Of a stretch of 64,000 nucleotides of DNA, positions 1-12,213 are shown one piece after another; the first letter of the stretch is position 1; each line of letters begins with the position of its first letter. The stretch comes from Gekko japonicus (taxonomy: Eukaryota): assembly GCF_001447785.1 (NCBI RefSeq), contig NW_015172686.1:4041-68040 (forward strand). The letters run 5' to 3'. The translations under genes were made by a program, and so were the position numbers. Under the pieces are notes generated by a model. It did no database searches, was not told where the DNA came from, and saw only the letters and a program-made list of their open reading frames with translations.

Positions 1-36
<36 letters not shown>

Positions 37-38
37 GA
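1..38. repeat. (GA)n microsatellite
   Basis: Seen directly. Confidence 0.95.
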
Positions 39-85
39 ACACAGTAACCATTGTCTTCTCTACTGCATAGTACACCATTTCTTAC

Positions 86-336
86 AGTTCCTCATCAAAC
101 AGTTCCTCGGAGAGATGTTTTGTGAAAGTGATTGGATTGGTAAACACGTAGATCTGAGATATAATGCCAGCAATGATTAGGTCTCCGGCTTGGTAGTACT
201 TGTGGTGAATAGGAAGGGGGTCTCTGATAGAGCATTTAACAATAGGACCCTTGCACAGAGTTGAAGGCAATAGCATCAGTGCCAACACCAGAAATGTCAC
301 TGTCTCAAGTACAAATGAATTCAGCTCTGCAGACAT
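86..336 (-). CDS. V2R paralog '0', exon 1 (signal peptide and start of extracellular domain); rest of gene lies left of the window
   Basis: MSAELNSFVLETVTFLVLALMLLPSTLC...HKYYQAGDLIIAGIISQ; homologous to exon 1 of A/B/C; phase-2 donor GTAAG at 85-81. Confidence 0.9.
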
Positions 337-469
337 TGCTCGTCAAGTGTTCCCAGGCAGCCTGACTTGAAGGATCACTCGCTCGGCTCTCCTGTAGGTA
401 GGTTAGAGAAGTCTAAAGTGTCAGGAATTAGATTGATGCAGCCCTCTCTTCTCTAAGCCCCTGCTCTGG

Positions 470-610
470 GTGACTCAGGAAATATTAATAGCCTATTTCA
501 GTCCTGGGTAACAGTTTGGCTAGTGGCTAGTTGTTCTCCCTAGGGAGGCAGCAGAATTACAAGTCATCACGGTTACTGTGATAATTAGAGATGTGATAAT
601 CAGCTGCACA
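470..610 (-). promoter_or_regulatory. Putative V2R proximal promoter (TATTAATA box 483-490, O/E/Ebf site TCCCTAGGGA 537-546, TAAT motif)
   Basis: AATATTAATAGC conserved 147-182 bp upstream of the ATG in all four 5' ends present. Confidence 0.5.
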
Positions 611-2289
611 GAGATGAATGTTCTCTGTGATGTTGAAGAAAGAAAACATGTTATTCCTCCCAGCTGTGTCTTAATAATATCTACATATGTATTTATTTTA
701 TGGATTATCATATGTTTTTTTTAAAATGTAATGCTATCAATGTGCATGGTGATTTGCAGATATGAAGGAAAGAGCTCCATGCCCCAAGGGATTTGCAAGG
801 GACACATTTACGAGAAAGGAGAATCACTACTGTCATAACTTTCATACACAGCAAATAATGTCTGGGACAAGATACAGCTTTGGAGGTGCTATTGGGAAGC
901 ATCTCCCTGAAGGTAATCCAATTAACACTTAAGTAAAAAAAATCCACAGCTGACCTTCATCACTCAAAGAATACTTTGTGCAACCAGCACTTCATAGGCA
1001 GCACATCATTCCCCAAGAAACTTGAAACACACATACTTTTCATTTCAAGATGGAGATCACCGATTCACACTAATCTGGGGCAGAATAGAGCCACACTGAT
1101 TTAAAAAAAAGTCTCTGCTTTGATTATATATATGCACGAGGGAGAGCAAAAGCATAAAACAGCATGGCAATGCAGTAACACAGTTCCAGTTCTAGTGCCC
1201 AGAGTTGTGGCCTGATCAGGGTGAAAAGGGGAATTCTAAAGGGAAAGAAGGTGAAAAGAAAATCATACTTGATTTGCCTGAAGTCAAGAGTCTGCTGTAT
1301 TGTAGAAGAAGGAGAAGGAAAGGTCATCCAAGATAGGGCCCCCAGGATTGAAGAAAGTTCAGAAAAGACACCAGGCATGGAACCAGGGATCCAGTAATGA
1401 GCAAAGGTCCAAGGGCAGACGGTGGGGGTTCAGTGGTTTCAGTACTGAATCCCATTTTTGAAGCAGAGCCCATTACTATGATGGGGGAGGGATCCTGAAA
1501 TTCCAGCACTGGCAGAGGTTTGGGAGCCAAACCAAATACAAATATAAAAGGGACTTGGGATGCCATGTTTGTAGGTTTGGAAGTGACTGGAAATCAAGGA
1601 GGAATTTTTTAACCGGTCCAATTTCATGCAGAGTTTAGGATTCACAGCAGGACCGATCCAAAGTTTCAGTGTTTTGGTTCCCATTAGTGTGTATGAATTT
1701 TTGGTGGGGGCAGAACAATTCGCATTCAGTGAGGAAGTCCATTTATGGCCATGCTGGGGTTTGGGACCTGAGGAAAGTTTAGATGGGGGTATGGGATTAC
1801 CTCGGTGTTGGACTAGCTTGATTTGGGCTGGGTGAACAAAAGTTGAGCAGTAGCATTATGACATTCCCTGGGACAGCAATAAAGATATTGGAGATGTTTC
1901 AATTATGAAGAGGTTTATCAGATAGGCTATTGTCCAGCAATTAAGGAACTTTGGAGGCTTTCTGGAAAAGTCCATTGATCAATGTGCTCTTAGGACCTTT
2001 GCAGTGGTTGTATTACTCCCATTTAAGCATGTCCAGGTAATTCCTGACAACTTTCAGTGCTAGTCATCTTTGATTTCAAACTGAATATTTTATCCACACC
2101 TCTAACAGTCATGTCAGAGGATTTTTCAGGGTGAGCATTTGCAGGGGTTGTGGGGAGGGGCTGACTCGTACATTTTACCTACAGAAATTAAAAACCATAT
2201 CCTTGTCACTTTCTTGTGATTTTCCAATTATTCTACCATTATTAAAGTAATAGTGTATAATAAATAGTATTTTATGAGAGTGCTCAGAC

Positions 2290-2745
2290 CATAAAAAATT
2301 CCCATAGCCAGTATTTGCTGGTAATACATTGTTTTCTTCTGTTGGAAGAAATAAAGAAGATTACAGCAGAAGACATCCCACTTGATCTGGCTATCTTGCT
2401 TCTTATTTCAAGATATAGCATTGATGAAAACGAAGTAAAAATTACTGAATTAGCTACCACATTAATAGCCATGGCACGGCTTTCTATTGCTGCCTCATGG
2501 AAAAATCCTGATCCTCCTTTCATTGCTCAATGGAGAAATAAATGTTGGGACCACTTTGTGATGGACAAAGTAGCAGATAAATATGAGTCCCACACACAAG
2601 GGTATGCGTAGTCCCATTCCAGATTCATTCGAAAATGGTGTCCTCTCATAACATATTTTCATATTTTCACTGTTGAGGGTTTGGGGACTGAGTAGTACCC
2701 CCTCCCCATTGTGTTGGTTGATCATACTTTTATTATGCTGCACAT
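2290..2745 (+). mobile_element. L1/Tx1-like LINE 3' fragment (ORF2 C-terminus)
   Basis: IAMARLSIAASWKNPDPP..QW resembles the L1 ORF2 C-terminal 'AAR..IA..WK' motif. Confidence 0.65.
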
Positions 2746-3011
2746 TTAGAATGATACACTGATTTCTTCAGCATTGTAAATTAGGTGATCAGAAGACTCC
2801 AGGAAAGCAAGGTGTTCATTGCACATTTGGAAATGCAAAGTGAAAAACGAAAGCACTTTGCAATTAGTTTGGGACTGTCAAAGGCATCCACAGATCTTGT
2901 GAAAAGACAGTCAGTTGGAAACTAGAAAACACTTGACATTGCAAAAAGTAAAACCAGATTAAATGTCAGCTAAAATGTGTAGAATGGCCACACTCAGGTT
3001 TTGGGGGACAA

Positions 3012-3245
3012 AAGAACAGAAGTACATGAGAAGAGCATTGCTGGATCAGACCAAAGGACCATCAAGTCCAGCAATCTGCTCACACAGTGGCCACCCAGCT
3101 GCTTCTTGGAGGCTGACTGCAATCCATGCTCCCCAGGAACAGATAGTTGGGGGCATACTGATTCTGGTACTGGAGAGAGTACATATCCATCATAACTAGT
3201 AGCCCATGGGTAGCCCCAACCCACATGAATTTGTCCAATCAACTT
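3012..3245 (-). mobile_element. CR1 LINE 3' end fragment
   Basis: ctggatcagaccaaaggaccatcaagtccagc matches the reverse complement of the CR1 3' end at 33260-33325. Confidence 0.7.
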
Positions 3246-3354
3246 GGGAAAGGAGGGAAGGTTTTGTGTGAGCTGCACACATAATAAATACACAAATGAC
3301 AAGTTTTTCCAAACCCAAATGCGAACGTGCTACTTTAATCCCAGACTAAAAAAC

Positions 3355-3558
3355 TGATTGCCATTTTGGGGTCAGGAAGCAATTTTTCTCCAGGTCAGTT
3401 TGGATGAAGATCATGGAGAGTTTTTGTCATCTTCTGGGCATGGAACAATGCTCACTGGGGGTATGGAGGGGAAGTTATTTGTGTATTTCTTGCATTGGGC
3501 AGGGGGTTGGACTAGATGACCCTGGAGGTCCTTCCAACTCTATGATTACATGATTCTA
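3355..3558 (+). mobile_element. CR1-type 3' UTR fragment
   Basis: gggggttggactagatgacc...ccttccaactctatgatt; ATTCTATG-like octamer tail. Confidence 0.75.
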
Positions 3559-3669
3559 CTTTGAACATATTGTAACAGGGAAATAAATGCCACAGAAGAA
3601 CACATAGACCCCATCCCCTAAATTGTACTGATTATAATAGAATATACATTTGGGATACAGACATAAAAT

Positions 3670-4571
3670 TTATTTTTTTGTTTTTATTAAGTATCCTCTT
3701 ATATTCAGTTCAGGTCTTACTAAAATAATGTAGCATTTTGGGGAAAAGATGCAAACCAGTAGCCCAGCACTGGAGGTTAAGATGGAGAAGATTTCCACAG
3801 CCACCATTGATTTTCCCTTGATGCTCAAGTAGGTCGGAACAAAGGACACCCAAACACTACAAAAGACCAACATGCTAAAGGTGATGAATTTGGCTTCGTT
3901 GAAACTGTTGGGTAACTTCCTGGCTAAAAAAGCCACAGTGAAGCTGATGATGGCAAGAAAGCCCAGAAAACTCAGAACAGAGTAAAAAAATGTGACTGAT
4001 CCTTCATTACATTCCAGCACAATTTTCTCAGTCATTGAGTGCATGTCAACATCTGGGAAGGGGGGAGATGTTGCAAGCCACACAGTACAAATAGTAATTT
4101 GGAAAAGGGAACATGAAATGACAATGGAACTGGACAGCTTTATCCCTACCCATCTCCTGATTTTGGATCCTGGCTTTGAGGCCATGAAAGCCAGAACAAC
4201 AATGACAGTTTTGGCCAACACACAAGAAACAGCCACTGAGAAGATGATGCCAAAAGTTGTTTGTCGAAGGAGACAGGTCACCTTCTTAGGCTGGCCAATG
4301 AACATCAAAACACAGAGGAAGGAGAGCAGGAGGGAGATGAGGAGAGTGTAGGTGAGTTCCCGGTTGTTGGCTTTGACTAAGGGAGTGTCTCGGTACTTAA
4401 TAAAGATCTTGAGCACGAAAGCTGTGATGAAAGAGAAGCAAAAAGCAAGAGTGGCCAAACTGATCCCCAAAGGTTCTTCATAAGACAAGAAGCTTATATC
4501 TTTTGGCAGGCATACATTCTGGTCTTTATTTGGATACTGACCTTCAGGACACTCAAAACATTCATTCATAT
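3670..4571 (-). CDS. V2R gene A exon 6 (end of cysteine-rich domain, 7TM, C-tail)
   Basis: Class C GPCR motifs [49 protein letters not shown]; acceptor tttcag; 902 bp; stop TAA. Confidence 0.97.
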
Positions 4572-5122
4572 CTGAAAAACAAAACATCTGATTGTGTACT
4601 TGGAAGTACCATGCAGAGTTCATTGCAATGTGACAAAGTGTTCAAGGAGTGTGCTCAGTGAAAGCCAGGAAACTAAGTTTTCTAGCTTTACCCTTCATGA
4701 TACAAAGAAGGACTTAGGTTTAATGGTGCACCCAAAGCACTCAAGAATTTTGGAAACGGTGCCAAAGGGCTTTTTGTCCAACTGAAAGTATCACAAACTA
4801 GACTGTTGACTCTGCATATCTGGATATGGTGTCCTTTTTTCTTTTTCCCTCCCTCCAGAGGTACTTTTTGCAAGAGCACTTGCATATCTGGGCATACTGA
4901 ATATTATTTTCCTTTGTGATACAAACCACTGGATCAAGGAGAAATGCTTTCAGTTTTAAGGAGCTGAGGCTGCCATCCTATGAACACCTTCCTGGAAGTA
5001 AGCACAGCAGAATAAAATTGGACTTTCTTTTGAGTAGACCTGTTTTGGATTGCTCCAAGTGTCTATTATATGGGCATATCTATTGAATTACAAACAATAT
5101 ATCTGATACTGGAATTTCTTAC

Positions 5123-5249
5123 CTTTTTCACTTGAAATCTTCCCTGGTGGACATGCAAGGCAATCATAGCAGCAAAATGGCTTCCCTTCCTTCTTTATCT
5201 TGCTATAACCAGAATGACAGTTCTCATTACAAACAGAAAGGGGCTGTGC
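5123..5249 (-). CDS. V2R gene A exon 5 (nine-cysteine domain)
   Basis: [42 protein letters not shown]; 127 bp; AG/GTAAG; not in ORF track. Confidence 0.95.
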
Positions 5250-5404
5250 CTGGCCAAAATGGAAAATATGTATGAAATATTATTCAAAATGTATACGTCC
5301 TTGGTTGAACTAATGTGAAAAATGGATTGGTATGGCATGACATCATGGCTCCTGCAAAATATTTGGAGTGCAAGGGGCAGTTGAATGTTTTGTTGTTATT
5401 AGGG

Positions 5405-5487
5405 TCATAAGATCATAAGAAAAGCCCTGCTGGATCAGACCAGCGGTCCATCTAGTCCAGCATCCTGTCTCACACAGTGGCCAACCA
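5405..5487 (-). mobile_element. CR1 3' end fragment abutting the L1
   Basis: cataagatcataagaa...ctggatcagacc...ccatctagtccagc. Confidence 0.7.
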
Positions 5488-7190
5488 TATAAAGAACAAC
5501 AGTAGTACTGTAACAGTAGCACTAAAGTTATTAAATAAATCTAGAAGCAAGAGACTGTGAAGGACACCCGAGAAGACAACGGGCATTAGCCGTCCCCTCC
5601 CGAACCAACAGAGTCAACAGCAGAGAGGAAGATAAAAACCAACAATTGAAGCACAATATCATTAAGGTTACTTTAAAGGGGTGGATTGAGATATTAAAAT
5701 AATAAGGTATAAAAAAATGACAGCTCTGAGATAATAAGAGAGTATTTCTTTACACAGGAGTATTGCTTTAAGGCAGCCATTTAAAACATTTACCAAATGA
5801 GAATAAAGTGGGAAAGGGAGAGGAGCAAACATAAAGTACCACAAAAGAGCATCAATGCTACTCTCTTTTTTTTCTTTTGTGCCTATTTAAGATAAGCAAA
5901 ATACCTGAGGAGAGTTGGCAGATCGGTGGAGACAGAGATGCATGCCATTGAGGAAGAGAGAGGAGGAGAGAGGGTGAGTAAAATGGAGCTGACAGGATGA
6001 GATAGTGTGTGAGTGTGCCAGCGCTTTGATGGGCCAGGTGGAGTCGAGTGGCAGAGGTGTGGAGTGCAGTGGAGAGGTGTCGAGGGGAGAGTGTGCGTGG
6101 AGAGTGGAGATGACAGGAGAGGAGAATGTAGCAGAGCAGAGCTGAACTGAACTGAAGGGAACCAAGTGGAAAAGGAGGAGCCAAGAGACGAAGGTCCAAT
6201 AAAATGGATGGAACCAAAGAAAAAGACCAAGAGACAAACTGAAGGAAAAGAGAGAAGCACAACATAGCAAAGGGAGACAGAAATTAGTGATGGACCAGAA
6301 ATAGAAATTACGAAATAAGACTGTAAATCAAATAATATAATACAGTATAAGAAATACTAGGGGAACAGAGAAAGAAAGAAGAATAGGAAAATATACGAAG
6401 AGCGAAAGAAAATAAAAAGTCACTAAATAGAGGATAGGTGTAAGAAAACAAGATACACATTAGAACATATTAGAAAAAATGAATGGCCACAGGGAATAGC
6501 GGATCAAGTGGAACGAGAAAAGTGTCTGTAAAATCACCTGGGCAGGCCAATCGACAGAGTGTATTAAAATTTAGCACAATGAGCATAACACAATTAAACA
6601 TAAAGGAACTTAAAAAATAATCCAAGAAAGCATAGCAGCATAAATAAAAAAGTTTGCTGAAGTAAATCTACCACCATTAATTAAACAAGAAATAGAGTGA
6701 AAAGTGAAAATAAGTAGGAAATCCTAAAAATAGCAACTGCTAATAGTGAGATTGAAGAAAAAGTACAGGAAATAGTACAAAAAATTCAAGAAGTAAGGAC
6801 CAAAACAGATGGAATTGAGGAAATGTTAATGGGATTAGAGATGGATAAGGCATCTCTAATTATAAGATGTCAAAATATACCAGAATCTATTGAGAAAAAA
6901 TTAAAAGAAGAAATGATAAAAAATATTTCTGAACAATTAAAGATAGGAACATATGATGAAATAAAGAGAGAAATTGACCAAGTATACAGGAAAAACAGCT
7001 CTTATGCCAGGAGAAACAAAACCCCGAGGGAAGTGTACATGAAATTTACAAGAAGGTAGATGAGGGATAAAATTCTTAAGTAAGCAAATGTGGCAAAGCT
7101 GATGATACAAGATTCAGAAGTTAAATTTCTAAAAGACATCCCATGGAGAATTAGGGAGAAAAGACAGAATTACACAATGATAACAAGACT

Positions 7191-7537
7191 GGAGCTGTGG
7201 TCGCTCAAGTGGTTAAGACGCTGAACTGCAGGCTGTGGAAGATCGGTAGTTCAGCAGTTCGAGACCCGGGTACCACATGACGGAGTGAGCTCCCATCTCT
7301 AGTTCCAGCTCCTGCCAACCTAGCAGTTCGAAAGCAAGAAATTGGAAGTAGATAAATTGGTACCACTTCGGTGGGAAGGTAACAGAGTTCCGTGCACCTT
7401 GGTGTTTAGTCATGCCGGCCACATGACCACGGAAATGTCTTCAGACAGCGCTGGCTCTTCGGCTTTGAAACGGAGATGAGCACTGCAACCCTAGCGTCAG
7501 ATTCAACTGGCTTTCAAGCAAGGGAACCTTTACCTTT
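7191..7537 (+). mobile_element. Sauria SINE, full length, nested in L1 ORF1
   Basis: tRNA-like head (box A gtggttaa, box B gttcgagacc), Bov-B-like body, ACCTTT tail; TSD taacaagact/taacaagatt. Confidence 0.9.
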
Positions 7538-10500
7538 TAACAAGATTACTGAGAGAAAATGATATTTCTTACATATGGCTTGTACCAGAAGGTTTTCTAT
7601 TTAATTATGAAGGAAGAAGGCAGAGAATTGACTTGATTTTTAAGGTAGAAGACTTCTTAGATAGATATGGGGAACATTTAGGGTGGCAGAATGATGAGGA
7701 AAGTGAAAAAGAGAAAGACGATAGAACATAAAATGCAGAAAAAGAAAGAAAAAGAAAAATCTAGGAGAGGGAAAAGGTCTACAACATCACAAATACTGAC
7801 GAGATATCAATACAGAGCTAAAGAACAGGAATAAGGAAAGAAAAATTAGGATGGAGAAGACAAAACAACTTAAAATATTCTCAGTTAATATTAATGGTTT
7901 AAATAGCCCATCAAAAAGACGAAGAACATTTAATCAATTAGCCAAACTACAGATAGAAGTTATATGTCTACAAGAAACACACATTAAGAAAAAGGATGAG
8001 AAATATCTAGAAAATAGAAAATTAAGCAAATTATATACAGCATCACATACTCAAAAGAAAAGAGGTGTAGCAATCTGTGTAAAAGAACAATTATGTCCTG
8101 AAGTTATATATGCGTCAGAGGATGGCAGAATACTAGCAATCTCAGTTATGAGACAAAATAAGAAAACTGTAATAATAAATATTTATGCACCAAACCAAAG
8201 CCAAGAAAATTCTTTAAAATACTAAGAGATGTGGTAACAATCCATAACCAGATGGAAATATGCATAATAGGGGATTATAATGCGGTATTAGATGCGAAAA
8301 AAGATAGCAAATCACAAGTGAAAAAGAAAAGATCGGGAAATATTTTACCAAGAAATTTCTTTGAGTTAGTAGAAGAATATAGCATGGTTGATGCATGGAG
8401 AATAAGAAATATGGAAAAGAAAAACTACACATTCTACTCAGCCAGGCATAATTCCTGGTGTAGAATTGATATGGTATGGATCACAACGACATTAGTAACA
8501 GAAATAATAGATGTAGATATTTTACCCAATACATTCGCAGATCACAGACCAATAATGCTAACACTTTGAGACGGAAGATGAATAAAGACTTATTAAGAGA
8601 CAAAAAGTTTAATAAAAAACCAGAAGAAAATAAAAGGTTTTTAAAAATAACATACAACCTGAAACATCTATACAAATAGTCTGGGAAACACTTAAAGCAT
8701 TTTTAGGGGGCTGGTTTATTAATCAAGATGCATGGGAAAAGAAACAAAAAAACCCAGCAGTATGAAAAATTAGTGAAATTAATACAGAAAGAAGAAGATA
8801 AGCTAAAAAAGAGAAACATGACTTTGAAAAAATAAAGTCAAATTTAAGAATGCTGCTGCATCAAATAAACATCATATTGACACAAGAAATAGCCAAAAAC
8901 ATAGAATACACCAAACAATATCACTTTGAGAATGCAAATAAACCAACAAGGTGGTTGGCGTATGAATTAAGAAAAGAAAGGGGGGAAAGACAAAACACTG
9001 AAACGGGAGGAAAATAGGGGAGGAAAAACATAACTTAATGGAGATGAAGAATATAGTGGAAAACCTTCATAAAAAACTATATCAACAAAATGAGCAAGAG
9101 AAAGATTTAATAAAAGAATATATTAGCAGTAAAATATAAGGACCTTCAAAGATGATCAAATATTAATTTTAAATGAACCAATTACAGTATGTGAAATCAC
9201 AGAAGCAATAAAGAAACAGAAGAAAAATAAAATTCCAGGACCAGATGGAATACCAGTTGAAATATATCGGAGATATGAAGAACAGATTTTATTACCACTA
9301 AAATAGTTTTTTTTTAAATATCAAAAACTGAAAAACTTCCAGACTCATGGAATCAAGCATTAATAACATTGATTCCTAAACCAAATACGGAAGATAAGGA
9401 AATTAAAAATTTTAGACCGATATCTTTATTAAACACGGATTATAAAATATTTGCCACAATAATTGCTACAAGAATGAAGAAAGTGTTAATGCAGATAATT
9501 CATCAAGATCAAGCTGGATTCCTCCCCAAAAGACAAATTAAAAGTATTATCAGAACGATAATTAATGTGCTAGAGTATTATGAAGTACATTCATATAAAT
9601 TAATGGTGTTAATATTTTTAGACACTGAAAAAGCGTTTGATAATATAAATTGGGAATTCTTGCTACAAAAGTTAGAAGCTTGGAAATGTGGAGCAAATTT
9701 TTTAACAACAATAAAGGTGATTTATAAAACACAAGTAGCGAAAATAATAATAAACAGAGATATGACACAAGAGATTCAAATACAAAAGGGTAGAAGACAA
9801 GGATTCCCATTATCTCCACTTCTGTTTATATTTGCATTGGAAACACTAAGTGACTAAATAAGATAGTGTGATCAAATTAAAGGACTTCAGATAAAAGGAG
9901 AGGAATTCAAGCTACAAGCGTTTGCAGATGATTTGGTGATTATATTAGAAGACCCGATAAGATCTAAAGCATCTTATGAGGATAATTCAAGACTACAATA
10001 AAGCAGCAGGACTTAAAATTAATTTTTAAAAAACATATTAACAAAGAACTGTACAGAACAACAAATGAATCAAATTCAGACGGCATATAACATGAAAATA
10101 GTAAACAAGGTCAAATATTTAGGAATTACAATTTCTAATAGAAATATCACATTAACAGAAGATAATTATAATAAATTACTATTAGAAATTAAAAGGGACT
10201 TTCAAAAATGGAAAGATTTAAAATATCATTCATGGGGAAAATAGCTATAGTAAAGATTAATATTCTTCCTCAATTTCTCTTTTTGGCACAGAACATCCCA
10301 GTATTAAGAAATACAAAGTGTTTTCATGAACTAGATAAAATTCAGTAGTCAATTCACCTGGGACAACAAGGAACCTAGGATTAAAAGAAAAGTAATGCAG
10401 GATAAAAAAGAGAGAGGTGGTTTTGTTTTTTTCAAACTGGAATTTGTATTATAAAGCAGCTGCATTAAGCTGGATAAAGGAATGGATAACGCTAGAAAAT

Positions 10501-11315
10501 ACCAGGCTTCTAAATCTGGAAGGATTTAATTTACCTATGGGATGGCATACATACATGTGGTATGAAGAGGAAAAATCATCACAAGCTTTAAGCAACATAC
10601 AATAAGAGGCCCATTGATGAAAATATGGAAAGAAACAAAAAGTCATTTCTATGACAAAATCCCAAAATGGGTATCCCCTCTAGAGGCACTCATAAAACCG
10701 ACGTTATATAACAAAAACAAGAGAGTGACATATGAAAGAACTGGCCACACAGAATATTAGGCTCCCATGGTGGGAAAATATTCAATTAAAGACAAGAATC
10801 AACAAGGATAAAAAAGTAGGATTTTACAGTAGCAATAATAACTTAGAAAAGATATGGCTCTCATCAAATGACAAACTAATCCAAAAGCTATATAACTTTC
10901 TACTAACTGATTATTTACAAGATGAAACAGTTAAAACAACCATGATAGCATGGATGAAAGATCTAGAGTATAATATAGACATAGACCAATGGACTAAAAT
11001 TTGGAAATCAGTGAAACTGATGAGAGCCATACCATATAAAGAAAATATATTTAAAATATTCCATAGGTAGCACTGGACACCAGATAAAATAGCAAAATGC
11101 TATGTGAACAGCAATAGAAACTGTTGGAAATGTAAAAAAAATGTTGGCACGTATTTTCACATGTGGTGGAGATGTGAAAAAATACAAAAGTATTGGTGCA
11201 AAATATATAATATAGTGAAAGAACTAACAGGACTAGAAATACTGTTTGTACCAGAAACATGTTTATTAAATATATTTCCAGAACAATGTAAGAAGGAAAA
11301 TTTATATATAATAAC

Positions 11316-11834
11316 GGTCCCGGTCACACGGGCAGGAAAATTCGGGGGGGAAACGTGGCTGTTAGCCCTGGGGCTAAAAACCGTGCAGTTGCTTGATCAG
11401 ACCTACCGATCGAGGTCCCGTGGAGGTCCCGTGGTAGGGGGGAGGTGCCAATCACTCCACTGTCCTGTGGCGTGGCAAAGAAGCAGGGCACGGGGCAAAC
11501 GGGTTGGTTGTTTTTTTATTTAAACTCAAATGTGTGCATGCTCCCGACCCTTGGGTGTGTGTGCGCATCCGTGGAGACTTTGAAAAAAAAATTCCCGAGG
11601 GGACATGGGCGGGCGCCGGAACTACCTCCGGAAACGCAATCAGACGCCCGCCCTTGCCCCGCAGTTTCAGGAAACTAGTACCTCCGAGGTACTAGTTTTT
11701 TACTGCGCGTCTTCGGCGGGAAGCCTTGGTTGCGCCACGGGAGCCCGACGCTTCCCAGATGTGCCGGTGAGATCACGCCCGGAAACTCCGCCTATCTTCC
11801 GTCCCTCTAGCGTGCCTAGTTTGTGACCGCAGCC
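11316..11834. mobile_element. PIF/Harbinger-like MITE nested in L1 ORF2
   Basis: TIRs GGTCCCGGTCACAC / rc GGCTGCGGTCACAA; 3-bp TSD AAC; removal restores the L1 frame NLYIITYIFTAARIML. Confidence 0.85.
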
Positions 11835-12213
11835 AACGTATATCTTTACAGCGGCAAGAATAATGTTAGCAAAATGCTGGAAATCAGATATAATACCAAC
11901 CAGGACGTATATGAGAAAAGATGGGGGGAAATGTATGTATGGTTGAATAATAGGATGTGAAAAAATGACTCACGATAATGTAACTGTAAATTTGCTAAAG
12001 GCTGTTTAAAACGTTGGAAAATTACAAATAAAAAGACAATTTTTTTTTGAAAATCTTTATATACCTTCAAATTCTATCTTAGCCACTTTGGATGTATCTG
12101 CATTATACACAAAAAGCCCAATGAAGTGGGACATATAATATTAGAAAATATTATAGAATCACAAAATCTGAAGGAGCAATTAATCCATTTTTGATTGTAT
12201 TCATTATTATTAT

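Larger units (their letters stand above)
5490..12040 (+). mobile_element. Near-full-length decayed L1 (5'UTR, ORF1 about 6500-7730, ORF2 about 7851-11960) in intron 4 of gene A; ends approximate
   Basis: APE endonuclease (SVNINGLN, CLQETH, NIYAPN, GDYN, RIDMVW, FADH); RT (FRPISLLNTDYKI, LD.EKAFD, RQG.PLSPLLF, AFADD); C-terminal CWKC...HMWWRC; many stops and frameshifts. Confidence 0.93.

Noticed and set aside
3992-4351. Plus-strand ORFs conserved opposite each 7TM exon (also 26210, 45072, 56424) and opposite exons 3 and 4
   Set aside because: Antisense shadows of conserved V2R codons; no independent coding evidence
5858-6270. Three overlapping Leu/Ser/Pro-rich minus-strand ORFs (also 58474-58913)
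   Set aside because: Reverse complement of purine-rich L1 5' UTRs; stop-poor by composition
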